A stretch of DNA of 63,970 nucleotides, the filler included. It is 7 parts of 7 records of this genome, joined end to end, with 100 filler letters (N's around TTAATTAATTAA, not from the genome) between each part and the next. Parts side by side here need not be neighbours in the genome. Positions count along the whole stretch, not along the records: positions 1 to 19,080 come from SRR20825010_6092; 6 more parts are not named here. One strand, 5' to 3'. Positions 1-10,333 of the stretch are shown one piece after another. The notes below the pieces were generated by a model that was given only the letters and a program-made list of their open reading frames with translations, was not told the DNA's origin and made no database searches. The stretch's first letter is position 1; the number at the start of each line of letters is the position of its first letter. The position numbers were made by a program, and so were the translations under genes.

Positions 1-90
1 TTTTTGTACAACTCGCCGAAACCATCAGTACAAGTTGCCAAGACCATGCATCATTGGCAACACACTGCGTAGAAAAACCAAGGAACTGAC

Positions 91-2238
91 ATGAAAAAAA
101 TAATACTGCTGCTTATCGTGGCGGCCGTTGTGGCGGTGTTTGCCTTTGACTTGCACAGCCTGCTCACCCTCGATAGCCTCAAAAGCAGTCTGGGGCAGTT
201 CCGCGAATTTCAGGCAGAATCGCCATTCATGGTCGCAGGTGTTTTCTTCGCCGCTTACGTTCTGGTGACAGCATTTTCAATTCCGGGTGCAGCGGTTATG
301 ACCCTGGCTGCCGGCGCCTTGTTCGGATTGCTGCAAGGTTTGATCCTTGTGTCATTCGCATCCACCATTGGTGCCACACTGGCTTTTATTGGCGCGCGTT
401 ATTTGCTGCGTGATTCCGTGCAGGCCAAGTTCGGCACTCGCTTGAAAGCCATTAACGAGGGTGTTGAAAAAGAGGGTGCGTTCTACCTGTTCACCTTGCG
501 CCTGGTGCCTGTGTTCCCATTCTTTCTGATCAACTTGTTGATGGGGTTGACCAGCATGAAAGCCTTCACCTTCTTCTGGGTTAGCCAGCTTGGCATGTTT
601 GCAGGCACTGTGGTGTACGTCAATGCAGGCACCGAACTGGCCAAGATTGACAGCCTGAGCGGTATTCTTTCACCGGGTTTGATTCTTTCTTTTGTGTTGC
701 TGGGCATTTTCCCCTTGATCGCCAAAAAAGTGACCGACAAAATCAAGGCCCGCAAGGTGTATGCACAATGGAACAAGCCCGCGAAATTTGACCGCAACAT
801 GGTGGTGATCGGTGCGGGTGCAGCCGGCTTGGTCAGCTCTTATATTGCTTCTGCCGTCAAAGCAAAAGTAACCTTGATCGAAGCCCACAAAATGGGTGGC
901 GACTGCCTGAACTTCGGTTGCGTGCCTTCCAAAGCCCTCATCAAAAGTGCCAAACTGGCCCATCAAATGCGACACGCCGCGAAGTACGGCTTGCACGCCA
1001 CCACACCCGGCTTCAGTTTCAAGGTGGTCATGGCCCGTGTGCACAGCATCATCAAAGCCATCGAGCCGCACGACAGTGTCGAGCGTTACACAGGCCTGGG
1101 TGTTGACGTTATTCAAGGTTACGCAAAAATTATTGATCCATGGACCGTGGAAGTGAAACACAACAGTGGCGAAACCAGCCGCCTGACTGCCCGCAGCATT
1201 GTGATTGCCGCCGGTGCCGAACCCATGGTGCCACCTTTGCCCGGCATTGAAACCAGTGGTTACCTGACCAGCGACACTTTGTGGGACGAGTTTGCAAAAC
1301 GCGAAGAACTGCCCAAACGCCTCGTGGTGCTGGGTGGTGGCCCCATTGGTTGTGAACTGTCACAGGCTTTTGCGCGTTTGGGTTCGCGGGTCACGCAAGT
1401 GGAGCTGGCAGATCGAATCATGGTTCGTGAAGACCCTGAAATTTCAGCCATGGCCATGGAATCGATGCGCGCTGATGGTGTGAATATTCTGACCGGGCAC
1501 AAAGCAGTTCGGTTCGAGCGGCGGGGCGATCAAAAAATTCTGGTCACCGATCACAAAGGCAGCAACGTTGAAATCGAGTATGACGACATCATTTGCGCGG
1601 TGGGCCGCAAAGCACGCCTGAAAGGCTATGGCCTGGAAGACATTGGTGTTGAAACCAACCGCACAGTGGTCACCAACGAATACCTGGAAACCTTGTACCC
1701 GAACATCTTCGCCGCAGGCGACGTGGCCGGGCCTTACCAGTTTACGCACGTGGCCGCACATCAAGCCTGGTACGCATCAGTGAATGCCTTGTTCGGGCAC
1801 CTGAAAAAATTCAAGGTCGATTACTCAGTGATTCCCTGGGCCACATTCACCGACCCCGAGGTGGCGCGCGTTGGCTTGAACGAGCAAGACGCCAAAGAAC
1901 AGGGCATTGCATATGAAGTAACACGTTACGGCATTGACGACCTGGACCGCGCGATTGCCGACAGCGATGCACACGGTGTGGTCAAGGTGCTCACCGTACC
2001 GGGCAAAGACAAAATTCTGGGTGTAACCATTGCTGGTGTGCATGCGGGCGACCTGCTTGCAGAATTTGTGTTGGCCATGAAACACGGTTTGGGTTTGGAC
2101 AAAATTCTGGGCACCATTCACACCTACCCCACCTTGGCTGAAGCGAACAAATATGCAGCCGGGGAATGGAAGCGTGCGCATGCGCCCCAGAAATTGCTGG
2201 TGTGGTTGGGCAAATACCATGCGTGGCGGTTGGGGTAA
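91..2238 (+). CDS. VTT/DedA (TVP38-like) membrane domain fused to a pyridine nucleotide-disulfide oxidoreductase (LPD/MerA-like)
   Basis: Hydrophobic N-terminal ~210 aa with FTLRLVPVFPFFLIN; then GAGAAG, redox motif GGDCLNFGCVPSK, GGGPIG and C-terminal IHTYPTLAE. Confidence 0.88.
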   Translation: MKKIILLLIVAAVVAVFAFDLHSLLTLDSLKSSLGQFREFQAESPFMVAGVFFAAYVLVTAFSIPGAAVMTLAAGALFGLLQGLILVSFASTIGATLAFIGARYLLRDSVQAKFGTRLKAINEGVEKEGAFYLFTLRLVPVFPFFLINLLMGLTSMKAFTFFWVSQLGMFAGTVVYVNAGTELAKIDSLSGILSPGLILSFVLLGIFPLIAKKVTDKIKARKVYAQWNKPAKFDRNMVVIGAGAAGLVSSYIASAVKAKVTLIEAHKMGGDCLNFGCVPSKALIKSAKLAHQMRHAAKYGLHATTPGFSFKVVMARVHSIIKAIEPHDSVERYTGLGVDVIQGYAKIIDPWTVEVKHNSGETSRLTARSIVIAAGAEPMVPPLPGIETSGYLTSDTLWDEFAKREELPKRLVVLGGGPIGCELSQAFARLGSRVTQVELADRIMVREDPEISAMAMESMRADGVNILTGHKAVRFERRGDQKILVTDHKGSNVEIEYDDIICAVGRKARLKGYGLEDIGVETNRTVVTNEYLETLYPNIFAAGDVAGPYQFTHVAAHQAWYASVNALFGHLKKFKVDYSVIPWATFTDPEVARVGLNEQDAKEQGIAYEVTRYGIDDLDRAIADSDAHGVVKVLTVPGKDKILGVTIAGVHAGDLLAEFVLAMKHGLGLDKILGTIHTYPTLAEANKYAAGEWKRAHAPQKLLVWLGKYHAWRLG

Positions 2239-2310
2239 GGGCTTATTGCGAATTGGGTGGGGCCTACGCGTTACAATGGGCAATTACATGTAGCACCCAA
2301 GGAGCAGACT

Positions 2311-3672
2311 ATGACCCTATCCAACACACCTTATGATCTCGTCGTCATCGGCGGTGGATCCGGCGGCGTTGCCAGTGCCCGCCGTGCGGCAAGTTACGGC
2401 GCCAAAGTGGCACTGATCGAATCCAGTCGCTTGGGCGGTACCTGTGTAATTCGTGGCTGCGTACCCAAAAAACTCATGATGTACGCCGCACAATTTGGGC
2501 AAACCTTGCGCGAAGGCCTGCAGCCCGGCTGGCAAGTGGCACAGGCTGATTTCTCCATGGCCCAGTGGCAAGAAGCCAAAGGCAAGGAAATCGACCGGCT
2601 TGAGGGCATTTACGCCCGCATGCTCGAGAACAGCGGCGTTGAAACCATTCGTGGCCATGGTGTGATCAAGTCGGCTACTGAGGTGCAAGTGGGTGATCGT
2701 GTTTTGTCCACGCAACGTATTTTGATTGCCAGCGGTGCGGCGCCCAACCGCAGTGCATTCGAAGGGCTGGAACAGGCCGCCACATCGAATGAGTTGCTCG
2801 ACCTGTCCACACTGCCCAAAAAAGTTGGCGTGATTGGTGCAGGTTACATCGCTCTGGAATTCGCCTGCATTTTGCGCGGTCTCGGTTCTGAGGTGTCGGT
2901 GTTTTATCGTGGCGATCTTCCTCTGCGCGGCTTCGACGAGGGCATTAGAAACCGCTTGGTCACTGCCATGACCTTGCAGGGAATCAAGCTGTTTCCCAAT
3001 ACTGATTTTCAGGCACTTCGCAAACAAGGCGAGGGGTTTGATCTGCACACTGCAGCAGGTGTGCATGCTTTCGATTTCGTCTTGAATGCCACCGGCCGTA
3101 GCCCGAATACACAGGGCTTGGGCTTGGAAAATATTGGCCTGCGCGCAGGCCCAAGTGGTGAAATCGAAGTCAACAAATACAGCCACACGGGTATCAAGGG
3201 TGTGTATGCCGTGGGCGACGTCACCAACCGAATGAACCTGACCCCGGTGGCCATTGCCGAAGGGCGCGCCTTGGCAGAAAATGAATTCAATGGCAAAAAC
3301 ATGACGGTAGACCATACCAGCGTGCCCACAGCCACCTTCACATCGCCACCCATCGGCAGTGTTGGCTTGACCGAAGAGCAAGCGGCCAAACAGATGCCAA
3401 TACGGGTGTATGAAACAGAATTCACACCCATGAAAACCAAATTTTCTGGTGGTGAACAAAAAACCTACATGAAGCTGCTGGTCGATGATGCCACCGACCG
3501 TGTGGTGGGCATTCACATGTTGGGCGATGATTCGCCCGAAATGATTCAACTGCTCGGTGTGCTTTACACCATGGGTGCCACCAAAGCCGACTTCGACAAA
3601 ACAATTGCAGTGCACCCCAGTTCTGCCGAAGAATGGGTGTTGTTGCGAGAGGTGACCCGCAAGGTCGGCTAG
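2311..3672 (+). CDS. gor: Glutathione-disulfide reductase
   Basis: GGGSGGVASARRAA, GGTCVIRGCVPKK, GAGYIA, LTPVAI and HPSSAEE; AAGGAG upstream of ATG at 2311. Confidence 0.93.
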   Translation: MTLSNTPYDLVVIGGGSGGVASARRAASYGAKVALIESSRLGGTCVIRGCVPKKLMMYAAQFGQTLREGLQPGWQVAQADFSMAQWQEAKGKEIDRLEGIYARMLENSGVETIRGHGVIKSATEVQVGDRVLSTQRILIASGAAPNRSAFEGLEQAATSNELLDLSTLPKKVGVIGAGYIALEFACILRGLGSEVSVFYRGDLPLRGFDEGIRNRLVTAMTLQGIKLFPNTDFQALRKQGEGFDLHTAAGVHAFDFVLNATGRSPNTQGLGLENIGLRAGPSGEIEVNKYSHTGIKGVYAVGDVTNRMNLTPVAIAEGRALAENEFNGKNMTVDHTSVPTATFTSPPIGSVGLTEEQAAKQMPIRVYETEFTPMKTKFSGGEQKTYMKLLVDDATDRVVGIHMLGDDSPEMIQLLGVLYTMGATKADFDKTIAVHPSSAEEWVLLREVTRKVG

Positions 3673-3786
3673 TTGCCATCCCTCTCTCACTCTATGAGGT
3701 GATGGTACTTAGGTTAGCCCCATCGCCAACTTCATATTCCGTTGTTAGAGTCCCGCATGGTTTTACCATTCGGGGCTTAATACAAC

Positions 3787-4863
3787 GTGTCTTTTTCATT
3801 TCTTCCTCCGCCACCTGCAGGGCTACCCGAATCGGGAAAGATGGAATGTCCTGTGTGGGCATTGCCTTTCGAATCAGGCGATTGCGGCCCCGATCTTGAA
3901 TACGACAACGCGTTTCTTGAATTGCAGCAAGCCGCGCACGGCAAGCCGGAAACTCAATTCGAGCCCGCCACCCCTCCCGACTGGAATGCGGTTGAAACCG
4001 GCGCATTGGTTCTGCTTCAGAAAAGCCGCGACCTGCGCCTGGTGGTGTTGTGGGCTGAATCCCAGCTCAACCTGAAAGGTCTTTCCCGTTTGCCGGAAGG
4101 CTTGAATGCATTCGCCGCGTTGCTGGAAGCGGCGTGGCCCTCCGTGAATCCTCAGCTGGATGACGGCGATCCTTATGCCCGCTTGAATGTGGTTGAAAGC
4201 CTTGGTTTTGGTGGTTCTTTCTTTCAGTCCTTGCGCAATTGTGTAGTGGTGCGCAACCCACGCATTGGCGAGATCCGATTGAAAGACTTTGAAGCGCTCA
4301 CCGGCAATTCACCTGGTACGGAATTGCCGGTGGTGCGTGAACAAGTCGAACAGTTTTTTCGTTCCCCCGAGGGCATGGCGATTGAATTGCGCAGCGTGGT
4401 GCTGGAAAGCCTTGCCGGTTTGAAGCGAATTCTCGCTGCATTGACTCCTCATGTTGAAACGGATCGTTTGCCGCAACTACCCGAGCTGAAAGCACTGCTT
4501 GCTTACCTGCAATCCTGCTTGCCAGTCCCGAAAATGGAACAAATCACCGATGCAGTGCCACCAAGTGGTTTGGCTGATTCAACCGTGATTGGCGATCAAG
4601 CGGCAAACGCCCAGCTGATGGGGTTTAACGGTGCGCAAGGCATTCAGTCCCGTGCGCAGGCATTGGCTGCCATCGACCAGGTGTGCAGCTATCTGGAAAA
4701 TGCTGAACCCACAAACCCCGCGCAACTTTTGCTGCGGCGTGCACGCCGTTTGATCGATAAAAACTTCATGCAGTTGATGAAAGACCTTGCGCCGGAAGCA
4801 TTGGCCGAGGTGGCAAAAATCATGGGGGTCAATCCCGATTCTCTCGAGCAGGAAGATGCTTAA
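3787..4863 (+). CDS. tssA: T6SS protein TssA (ImpA N-terminal domain); start uncertain (GTG 3787 or ATG 3841)
   Basis: CGPDLEYD, PPDW, SRDLRL and C-terminal EPTNPAQLLLRRARRL; directly upstream of tssB. Confidence 0.9.
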   Translation: MSFSFLPPPPAGLPESGKMECPVWALPFESGDCGPDLEYDNAFLELQQAAHGKPETQFEPATPPDWNAVETGALVLLQKSRDLRLVVLWAESQLNLKGLSRLPEGLNAFAALLEAAWPSVNPQLDDGDPYARLNVVESLGFGGSFFQSLRNCVVVRNPRIGEIRLKDFEALTGNSPGTELPVVREQVEQFFRSPEGMAIELRSVVLESLAGLKRILAALTPHVETDRLPQLPELKALLAYLQSCLPVPKMEQITDAVPPSGLADSTVIGDQAANAQLMGFNGAQGIQSRAQALAAIDQVCSYLENAEPTNPAQLLLRRARRLIDKNFMQLMKDLAPEALAEVAKIMGVNPDSLEQEDA

Positions 4864-4905
4864 AGTCGCCCTGCGTTCAACCACTCTTACTTGTGAGATT
4901 TTTCA

Positions 4906-5418
4906 ATGAGCGGACAAAAATTTGTAGGGCGCAACCGTGCACCACGCGTGCAGATCGAATACGACGTCGAGGTGTATGGTTCCCAGAAAAAAGTGCAGCT
5001 GCCTTTTGTCATGGGTGTGATGTCTGACCTGTCCGGCAAGTCAGAAGTGCCACTGGCTCCAGTTGCTGAACGCGATTTTCTGGAAGTCGATGTCGACAAT
5101 TTCGATGCCCGCATGAAAAGCATCAAACCACGCGTGGCCTTTCACGCCCCCAATCACCTGACCGGTGAAGGCAATGTGGCAGTCGACATCACCTTTGAAT
5201 CCATGGACGACTTCAGCCCCGCTGCCATTGCACGCAAGGTTGAACCGCTGCGCAAGCTGCTCGAAGCCCGCCAGCAACTGGGCAATCTGCTGACCTACAT
5301 GGATGGCAAAAATGGTGCAGAAGCCCTGTTGGCAAAACTGTTGGCCGATCCGGCCCTGCTTAAAAGCCTTTCGGCTGCACAAAAGCCTGCCGAATCAACT
5401 TCTTCTCAAGGTGAGTAA
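4906..5418 (+). CDS. tssB: T6SS contractile sheath small subunit (VipA)
   Basis: RAPRVQIEYDVE, LPFVMGVMSDLSG, DDFSPAAIA. Confidence 0.97.
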   Translation: MSGQKFVGRNRAPRVQIEYDVEVYGSQKKVQLPFVMGVMSDLSGKSEVPLAPVAERDFLEVDVDNFDARMKSIKPRVAFHAPNHLTGEGNVAVDITFESMDDFSPAAIARKVEPLRKLLEARQQLGNLLTYMDGKNGAEALLAKLLADPALLKSLSAAQKPAESTSSQGE

Positions 5419-5420
5419 TC

Positions 5421-6911
5421 ATGTCTGAACAACTGCAAAATCGCGCACTGGATGTGATCGAACTGGAAGGCAGCGAACTGTCTTCCCTGCTGCAAAAAGA
5501 ATTCAAGCCAAAAACCGACGAAGCCAAGTCTGAAGTGGAATCTGCGGTGCTGACCCTGGCCCAGCAGGCATTGGAAGGTGTTGAATTGATTGGCGACGAT
5601 GTGGTTGATTCCATCGAACGCATGATCGCGGCGATTGATCAAAAACTGTCCGTACAAATCAACGAAATTATTCACCACGACGACTTCCAGCAAATGGAAA
5701 GCGCATGGCGTGGCCTGAATTACCTGGTCAACAACACGGAAACCGATGAATTCCTGAAGATCCGTTTCATGAATGTGTCCAAAACCGAGCTGGCCAAAAC
5801 CCTGAAGCGTTACAAAGGCGTGGCCTGGGATCAAAGCCCCGTGTTCAAGAAAATTTATGAGCACGAATACGGCCAGTTTGGTGGCGAGCCTTACGGTTGC
5901 CTGATCGGTGATTACTACTTCGACCACTCCCCCCCTGATGTTGAAATGCTGGGCGAGCTTGCGAAAATCAGTGCCTCTGCACATGCACCTTTCCTGTCGG
6001 CCGCGTCGCCAGCCACCTTGCAAATGGATTCCTGGCAAGAACTGGCCAACCCGCGCGACCTTACCAAGATTTTCTCCACGCCCGATTACGCAGCATGGCG
6101 CAGTTTGCGCGATGCCGACGATTCCAAATACCTGGGCTTGAGCATGCCACGCTTTCTGGCACGTCAACCCTACGGTGCAAAAACCAACCCGGTTGAGGAA
6201 TTCGCCTTTGAGGAAGACACCGGTCTGGCCGATCACAGCCGTTACACCTGGGCGAACTCTGCCTACGCCATGGCAGTGAACATCAACCGTTCATTCAAGG
6301 AATATGGCTGGTGTTCGCGAATTCGCGGTATTGAATCGGGCGGTGCTGTACCCAACTTGCCCACGCACACTTTCCCGACCGATGACGGTGGCGTGGATAT
6401 GAAATGCCCCACTGAAATTGCCATCTCGGATCGTCGTGAAGCCGAGCTCAGCAAAAGCGGTTTTCTGCCATTGATTCACAAAAAGAACAGCGATCTGGCT
6501 GCTTTCATCGGTGCACAGTCCCTTCACAAGCCCGCTGAATACGAAGATCCCGATGCAACAGCCAACGCCAAACTGGCGGCACGCTTGCCATACCTGTTTG
6601 CAACCTGTCGTTTTGCGCATTACCTGAAATGCATCGTGCGCGACAAAGTGGGTTCATTCAAAGAACGTGCCGACATGCAGCGCTGGTTGCAAGACTGGAT
6701 CATGCAGTACGTCGATGGCGATCCCGCCAATTCCTCCGAGGCTGTAAAGGCTTCCCGCCCACTGGCCGCCGCCGAAGTGGTGGTTGAGGAAATTGAAGGC
6801 AATCCTGGCATGTACGCATCCCGCTTTTATTTGCGCCCGCACTACCAGCTAGAAGGGCTAACCGTGTCTTTGCGTTTGGTCAGCAAGTTGCCATCCGCCA
6901 AAGCGTCTTAA
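5421..6911 (+). CDS. tssC: T6SS contractile sheath large subunit (VipB)
   Basis: FQQMESAWRGL, EYGQFGGEPYG, RFAHYLK, LRPHYQLE. Confidence 0.97.
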   Translation: MSEQLQNRALDVIELEGSELSSLLQKEFKPKTDEAKSEVESAVLTLAQQALEGVELIGDDVVDSIERMIAAIDQKLSVQINEIIHHDDFQQMESAWRGLNYLVNNTETDEFLKIRFMNVSKTELAKTLKRYKGVAWDQSPVFKKIYEHEYGQFGGEPYGCLIGDYYFDHSPPDVEMLGELAKISASAHAPFLSAASPATLQMDSWQELANPRDLTKIFSTPDYAAWRSLRDADDSKYLGLSMPRFLARQPYGAKTNPVEEFAFEEDTGLADHSRYTWANSAYAMAVNINRSFKEYGWCSRIRGIESGGAVPNLPTHTFPTDDGGVDMKCPTEIAISDRREAELSKSGFLPLIHKKNSDLAAFIGAQSLHKPAEYEDPDATANAKLAARLPYLFATCRFAHYLKCIVRDKVGSFKERADMQRWLQDWIMQYVDGDPANSSEAVKASRPLAAAEVVVEEIEGNPGMYASRFYLRPHYQLEGLTVSLRLVSKLPSAKAS

Positions 6912-6950
6912 AACTTGAACTATTAACCAATCAATTACAGAGGGAATCAA

Positions 6951-7433
6951 ATGTCCGTAGACATGTTTTTGAAAATCAAGGGTGTGGATGGCGAATCCGT
7001 GGACAGCGTACACGCCAAGGAAATTGATGTTGCAGCATGGAGCTGGGGCATGTCCCAGTCTGGCACAACCCACGTAGGTCGTGGCGGTGGTGCAGGCAAG
7101 GTGAGCGTACAAGACATCAACGTGACCAAGTTCATTGACAAGGCCACGCCTAACCTGATCAAGGCCTGTTGCAACGGTAAGCATTTTGACGAAGCAGTTT
7201 TGACTGTGCGCAAAGCCGGTGAAAAGCCTTTGGAATACATCGTGTTGACCATGAAAGACGTCATCATTTCCAACGTCAGCCAGGGTGGATCTGGCGGTGA
7301 AGACCGTTTGACAGAAACAGTGACCTTGAACTTCGCTGAATTCAGCTACGTGTACGTGCCACAGAAGAAAGATGGCGGACCCGATGGCAAGGTTGAAGCG
7401 ACTTTCAACATCGCAACCAACTCCGAGAAGTAA
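6951..7433 (+). CDS. hcp: T6SS tube protein Hcp
   Basis: DMFLKIKGVDGES, WSWGMSQ, TKFIDKATPNL, ETVTLNF; RBS GAGGG. Confidence 0.96.
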   Translation: MSVDMFLKIKGVDGESVDSVHAKEIDVAAWSWGMSQSGTTHVGRGGGAGKVSVQDINVTKFIDKATPNLIKACCNGKHFDEAVLTVRKAGEKPLEYIVLTMKDVIISNVSQGGSGGEDRLTETVTLNFAEFSYVYVPQKKDGGPDGKVEATFNIATNSEK

Positions 7434-7453
7434 TCGGATAGCCAGGAAACACA

Positions 7454-7936
7454 ATGTCGAAAGTCGATATGTTCCTGGCCTTGGAGGGCTCCCGTCAGGG
7501 GGCCATCCAGGGGGAAAGCCAGGTCGGTGGTCATTTGGGTGAAATAGAAATTCAGGGTTGGTCCTGGGGCATGTCCCAGCAAGTCCACTCGTCTTCCCAA
7601 TTGGCATCCAAAGCCTCGGTGCGAACCATCAGCGTGCAAAAGGCCATTGACAGTTCAAGCACTGCCATCATGAGCGCCTTGAAGTCTGCTGAAATACTCA
7701 GCAAAGTGGTACTGACGTGCCGCGATCCTGGTGGAATTCTCACCATTGACTACCTGCGCATTACCTTGCGAAAAGCCCGCATTTGCGATTATGAAATATC
7801 GGGTAGCGCCAGCGAAGGGCGCCAGGTCAGTGAATCGTTTTCCATCGCATTCAAGGAAATTGAGGTGGTGTACACCCCCAAGTCAGCTGCCAACCTGAAG
7901 GCTGGTGCATGCACTTACATTGACGTGTATGAGTAA
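7454..7936 (+). CDS. Second, divergent Hcp-family protein
   Basis: DMFLALEG...IQGES, EIEIQGWSWGMSQ, KAIDSSST, ESFSIAF align with the adjacent Hcp; same length (160 aa). Confidence 0.85.
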   Translation: MSKVDMFLALEGSRQGAIQGESQVGGHLGEIEIQGWSWGMSQQVHSSSQLASKASVRTISVQKAIDSSSTAIMSALKSAEILSKVVLTCRDPGGILTIDYLRITLRKARICDYEISGSASEGRQVSESFSIAFKEIEVVYTPKSAANLKAGACTYIDVYE

Positions 7937-8432
7937 ATCCCGAGACGCGCTGCAACCCGCTTTGCTGGACCGTCTGCAAGACGACGAACCCGCGCGTCAA
8001 ACGGAATCGTCCAATAGCCGGTTTATCACCAAAGAGGCCTTGCGCCACATGGTGCTGCGCGATCTTGAACAGTTGCTCAATGCCACCCGCGTGATCGACA
8101 ACAAACACCTGGAGCAGCAACCGCAGTTGCTCAACTCTGTGCTGGCCTACGGCATGCCGCCGGTGGCTGGAAAGATCGCCTCGATGATTGATGTCAAGGA
8201 TTTCGAGCGAACCGTGGCAGATTTGATTCGCCGTTTTGAACCCCGCATTGATGGTCAATCCCTCAAAGTGCAGGCAGAAACCCATCAGGGTTTAATGCAT
8301 TTGCACAATGTAATTGGTTTGCGCATTTCTGGTTTGCTTTGGGCACAACCTTACCCCATTGAACTGATGTTGCGCACGGAAGTGGATCTTGAAACCGGCA
8401 AGGTGCTTTTGATGCCCCTGTCTGGTTTCTGA
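7929..8432 (+). CDS. tssE: T6SS baseplate subunit TssE (gp25-like)
   Basis: LQPALLDRL, RDLEQLLN, SVLAYG, IRRFEPRI; ATG 7929 overlaps the end of hcp2. Confidence 0.92.
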   Translation: MSKSRDALQPALLDRLQDDEPARQTESSNSRFITKEALRHMVLRDLEQLLNATRVIDNKHLEQQPQLLNSVLAYGMPPVAGKIASMIDVKDFERTVADLIRRFEPRIDGQSLKVQAETHQGLMHLHNVIGLRISGLLWAQPYPIELMLRTEVDLETGKVLLMPLSGF

Positions 8433-8452
8433 CCGCGCAGAACTTACCCACC

Positions 8453-10318
8453 ATGGATCCGCGGCTGCTTCAGTTTTACACCCAGGAACTTGCCCACGTG
8501 CGCGACACTGGGGCAGAATTTGCGCATCGTTTTCCAAAAATTGCGTCGCGCCTTGCGATGGATGCCACTGAAGTTCACGATCCTTACGTGGAGCGTTTGC
8601 TTGAAGGTTTCGCGTTTCTTACTGCGCGTGTTCAGCTTCGCCTGCACGAAGAGTTTCCGCGGTTCACTGAACAACTGTTAAACCGCATCAGCCCGAATTT
8701 TCTTGCACCTGTGCCCGCCATGGGGGTGGTTCAATTCAACCCGAACACCACCGATGCTGCTTTGAAGAAAGGTATTGAAGTAAAAGCGGGCACCGTGTTG
8801 CAAAGCCAGGTGGCCAAAGGCATACAAACCCCGTGCAAATTCAGGGTAGGGCATTCAGTAACCTTGTGGCCATTGGCCATTGCCAGTATTGAACACGGGC
8901 CTTTCAAGGGGGCTCCGCCCAAGGTGCAGGGGCATGGGGTGGTGCGCTCGGCTTTGCATTTGAAAATTGAAAACACCACGCAGTCGCCCATGTCGCAAGT
9001 GCCCCTGGATGCGCTTGACCTGCATGTCAGTTGTGGTGATGAATATGCCTACACCCTGTTTGACAGGGTTTGCTATAAAACTGCATTGGTGGGTATTCGC
9101 GTGGCGGGACAAAGCACCTGGACCTACTTGCCGCGCGAGCAACTTCAACCCTTGGGGCTGAGCGACGACGAAGCCCTCTTGCCCGCGGATGCAAAACAAT
9201 TCAGTGGCACCCGTTTGCTGCAGGAATTTTTTGCATTTCCGCAGCGTTTTCTGTTCTTTCGAATTCAAGGCCTGCAGCGCCATTTGGCTGCCTGCAATCA
9301 GCCTGCGTTCGAGCTGGCTTTGTGTTTCACTGAACCGCATCTTGAGCTGGATCGGGTTGTCGACGCCGATTCACTGGCATTGAACTGCACCCCGGTGATC
9401 AACCTGTTCGAGCACAGTTGTGACAGGGTGTTGCTGGACGAGCAGCTTCACGAAGTGCATGTGCTGGCCAACCGCAGCAAGCCCCAGGATTTTGAAGTAC
9501 ACAGTGTGTTGAGTGTTCAGGGGCATGGGCAGAACCGGGTGCAGCCAGTGCCCCCGCTGTATGGCAACACCGAAGAGAACGATCCCGATTTGCCCCGCTT
9601 CATGTCCCGGCGGGTGCCCACACAGGTTTCCGACAAACAGGTGCGTGAAGGTGGGCGTTCCTCCTATATTGGCAGCGAAGTGTACCTGGGGCTGACACTG
9701 CCCACGGGTGAACTGCGCAAGGGCCATGGGCTTCAGCAACTGGCTGTGCGCGCATTGTGCACCAATCGCGACTTGCCTTTGTTGATGCCTGTGGGGCAAG
9801 GGCCAACCGATCTGGCCTGGCCCGGCAATCTGCCTTTGCAATCCATCCGTTTTTTACGTGGCCCCAGCCGCCCGAAGGCACCCACACACAGCGGGCAGGC
9901 CAGCTGGCAATTGATTGAACATTTGTCGCTGAATTACCTCGGTCTGATTGACCAAGGCGATACACAGCAAGGCAACGGTGCCGCTGCGCTTACCCAGTTA
10001 CTTGCGTTGCACGCAGACCCGGCACAGTTGGCACACCAGCACATGGCGCGTGCGGTGCAAGGCATTGAATCGCAACCCGCGGTTTCACGCATTGTGCGGC
10101 AAGGCCGGCCTGCGGTGGTGCGTGGTTTGCAAGTGGTGCTGACCGTGGATGAACAGGCCATGCAGGGTGCTGGCGTGGCTGTGTTGGGTAGCGTGCTTGC
10201 GCGTTACCTTGCTGCGCATGTGTCGGTGAATTCATTTGTGCAAACACGCGTGCGTGCGCAGCACACCGGTGCGGTGTTTGATTTTCCGGCCATGTCGGGA
10301 AACCGGCCCTTGTTGTAG
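8453..10318 (+). CDS. tssF: T6SS baseplate subunit TssF
   Basis: EFAHRFPKIA, DPYVERLLEGFAFLTAR, LLQEFFAFPQRF, CTPVINLF, CTNRDLP, HLSLNYL. Confidence 0.96.
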   Translation: MDPRLLQFYTQELAHVRDTGAEFAHRFPKIASRLAMDATEVHDPYVERLLEGFAFLTARVQLRLHEEFPRFTEQLLNRISPNFLAPVPAMGVVQFNPNTTDAALKKGIEVKAGTVLQSQVAKGIQTPCKFRVGHSVTLWPLAIASIEHGPFKGAPPKVQGHGVVRSALHLKIENTTQSPMSQVPLDALDLHVSCGDEYAYTLFDRVCYKTALVGIRVAGQSTWTYLPREQLQPLGLSDDEALLPADAKQFSGTRLLQEFFAFPQRFLFFRIQGLQRHLAACNQPAFELALCFTEPHLELDRVVDADSLALNCTPVINLFEHSCDRVLLDEQLHEVHVLANRSKPQDFEVHSVLSVQGHGQNRVQPVPPLYGNTEENDPDLPRFMSRRVPTQVSDKQVREGGRSSYIGSEVYLGLTLPTGELRKGHGLQQLAVRALCTNRDLPLLMPVGQGPTDLAWPGNLPLQSIRFLRGPSRPKAPTHSGQASWQLIEHLSLNYLGLIDQGDTQQGNGAAALTQLLALHADPAQLAHQHMARAVQGIESQPAVSRIVRQGRPAVVRGLQVVLTVDEQAMQGAGVAVLGSVLARYLAAHVSVNSFVQTRVRAQHTGAVFDFPAMSGNRPLL

Positions 10319-10333
10319 TGGTGGTGTGAACGC

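Noticed and set aside
91-2238. Mercuric reductase (merA) call
   Set aside because: No C-terminal Cys-Cys, no NmerA domain and no mer genes nearby.
2317-3690. 457-aa ORF antisense to gor, and a similar one over the ABC permease at 46168-47322
   Set aside because: Codon-register mirror ORFs with no independent coding signal.
3700-3720. Sigma-54 promoter upstream of tssA (TGGTAC...TTAGC)
   Set aside because: The GG-GC spacing is 11 nt instead of the required 10.
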